DNA of 64,000 nt, taken from assembly GCF_009914755.1 (NCBI RefSeq), contig NC_060933.1; one strand, written 5' to 3'. Source of the DNA: the human T2T-CHM13v2.0 reference genome, Homo sapiens. Below, in pieces: positions 61,955 through 64,000 of the stretch (its first letter is position 1; each line of letters opens with the position of its first letter). Under the pieces are notes generated by a model. The model was not told the origin of the DNA, ran no database searches, and saw only the letters and a program-made list of their open reading frames with translations. The translations under genes were made by a program, and so were the position numbers.

Positions 61955-63014
61955 TATTTGGATGACTCCTAAAGTTGTATCTCCAGCCTTAACTTTTTTA
62001 CTGATTCCAGACTTTTTAATTCAACTGCCTACTCCTCTTGGATGTTGATTAGGCATCTCAAACTTAGTATGTCCACATTTGAAATCCTTGTGTCCGTCCA
62101 CCAAACTTCTTCTCTGTGTCTCAGATAATGTCTGCTCCATTCTTCCAGTTGTGTAGGCAAAAGCTTGGGAGACATTCCTCACTTTTCTATCAAGAAATCC
62201 TGTTAGCTCTACCTTAAAAATATCCAAAATTTAATCACTTCTCAATGCCACTGCATCTGCCTATCATGTACAATTCACCTTTCTTTTTTACCTGGCTGTT
62301 TCATTTGCCTTCTAACTTGTCTTTTTGCTTTCTCCCTTGACCCTTAAGGTCTGTCCTCAACCCACCAGCCATTGATACTCTTAGAATGTTATATGTTATT
62401 TCTCTGCTCATTGCCTTCCCATTTCACTTCAGATCCAAATTTCACAGGGCCTAGAAGGCCACATATTATTTTATCCCCAGTGATTTCTCTGTTCTTAGCT
62501 ACCATTTCCTTATCTACTTTACTATAAATGTGTGTACTTCCGTGCTGTTCTTTGAATATACCAATTGCTCTTGCTCTTGTGTCTTTGCTCTTGCTACTAG
62601 TTCCATGACTTGACTTGGAAAACTCTTCCCTAGGGTCTTCATGACTCTTCCTTCCTTCCTTTAGATCTCTCCTCAAATATAATATTACTTTTAAGGAGAG
62701 TTACATGTTAACTATTCTATATAAAATAACAACAACCTTCGTTTCACTCCCAGCTTCTCTAGGACTGGGAATTCCTTTCTTCGTTACCCTAATTTATTGT
62801 CCTTATTATACTGATAGCAATTTGACATACTATGTATTATTTATCTTCATTATCTATGTACTGAAATGTTAATTCCATGAAGGCAGCAACTTGGTTTATT
62901 TTGTTCCCTCCAATATCTCTAGTCCCTAGTCCAATGACTGTTATATAATAAATGTGCAATAAATACTTGAATGAGTGATGGATTAATGTATTAGATGTGA
63001 CTTTTATTTATTCT

Positions 63015-63720
63015 GGTAGGTATTCCTTCAATCTGAGAACTTTATTTAATTCTAAAATATTCCCAGCAGTTACCTCCTGAAATATTGCTTTATTTTTCAT
63101 CCCCATAGTTATTACTTCTGGAATGTTGTAGGCATATGTTGGAGTTTCCCAAAGAAACTTGTCTCAACTGTGTTTTCATGTTTTTAATCTCACTATTTTC
63201 CTGTGTAGTGTTCTGGATGAATCCCTTATTACTATCCCTTATTTCACTAATCTCTTTTTGTGTCTAGTTTTGAGCTTAGTCCATTTAGTTGTTTTTTACT
63301 TCAGTGATTATAATTTTTTATCTTCAAGATTTTAATAGCTTCTTTACATCTACCTGATTGTGTTTCATCTCTCAGCTTTACTTTTAACATTAGTTATTCT
63401 TTTGTCTTTACGGACCTTTAACTTACTTATTGTAGTCTTTTTCATTATATTTGGTTATTTTTATTTTTTCTAGAGGATTGCATCTTTTGACTTGAACTAG
63501 TATGTCAGTGTATGGGGATTCATGTATTTTGAATTTTTTTGTTTGGGGTCATATCTCAAGAGGGAAGATTGCTGTTATTGTTACTGTTTACTTCCTCCTC
63601 TTTCTCCACCACCACGTCCTTAACTAATGCCTATCTTTTTTTCTAGAAATTTTATAGTTGCCTTTAAATTGTCAATCTCACCCTAGTCTCTTTCCTGAAA
63701 TAGGTTTTATAGAGGTTTTG
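63015..63720 (-). mobile_element. Very old L1M/HAL1-like ORF1-region fragment
   Basis: T-rich decayed sequence starting CCTTCAATCTGAGAAC, resembling reverse L1M ORF1. Confidence 0.35.
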
Positions 63721-64000
63721 CTACACCTAGCCTCAGTTGCAGGGTGTTTTGGCTCAACTCTTGATTGGGGAGCTACATCTATAAACTTTTGCCTTTCTAG
63801 ACTCTAATATAAGCCTTGGTTCTAGGCAAGGATGGGCAGAAGCTTTTTTCCAGCTTCATTTCATGAGTTAGCATTCCCATCCCACACAATGAGCCTGGTT
63901 GTGCTTCTGCATACTGGGTAAGGCACTTGTATTCCCTATTAACCCCAGAAGTCAAGCTCCTTTCCACCTCAGCCTGCATCTGGCTCTGGGGGACAGCAAA

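Larger units (their letters stand above)
60280..62985 (+). mobile_element. L2 LINE relic interrupted by THE1A and MER44
   Basis: L2 motifs (TTGCTAAATCCAA, AGGCATCTCAAACTTA, GTTAATTCCATGAAGGCAG) ending AATAAATACTTGAATGAGTG. Confidence 0.8.

Overview
Human genomic DNA: it contains a consensus-like AluYa5, a human-specific family. The window is AT-rich and dominated by nested transposable elements: about 17 Alus, two near-full-length dead L1PA elements, older L1M/HAL1/L2/MIR relics, THE1/MLT1 MaLR elements, an LTR12 solo LTR, an ERV-L18/LTR18-type provirus remnant and Tigger/Charlie DNA-transposon relics. I cannot support any intact cellular protein-coding gene; nearly all listed ORFs are Alu, L1, THE1 or ERV translations. 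L1s and LTRs lie mostly on the minus strand, which suggests a very large intron of a plus-strand gene (inference; gene not identified). The most unusual structures are (1) a 2.15-kb ERV-L18 remnant whose two ends are the same LTR U5 end in inverted orientation, yet flanked by a perfect 5-bp TSD; (2) two locally templated inverted insertions whose donor sequences lie inside the window; (3) an old retroposed, polyadenylated non-repeat fragment with CpG-decayed TSDs inside HAL1; and (4) an L1 antisense promoter/ORF0 region facing a candidate 45-nt exon. Subfamily names come from recalled consensus diagnostics and need RepeatMasker/Dfam confirmation. Boundaries of old elements are approximate.
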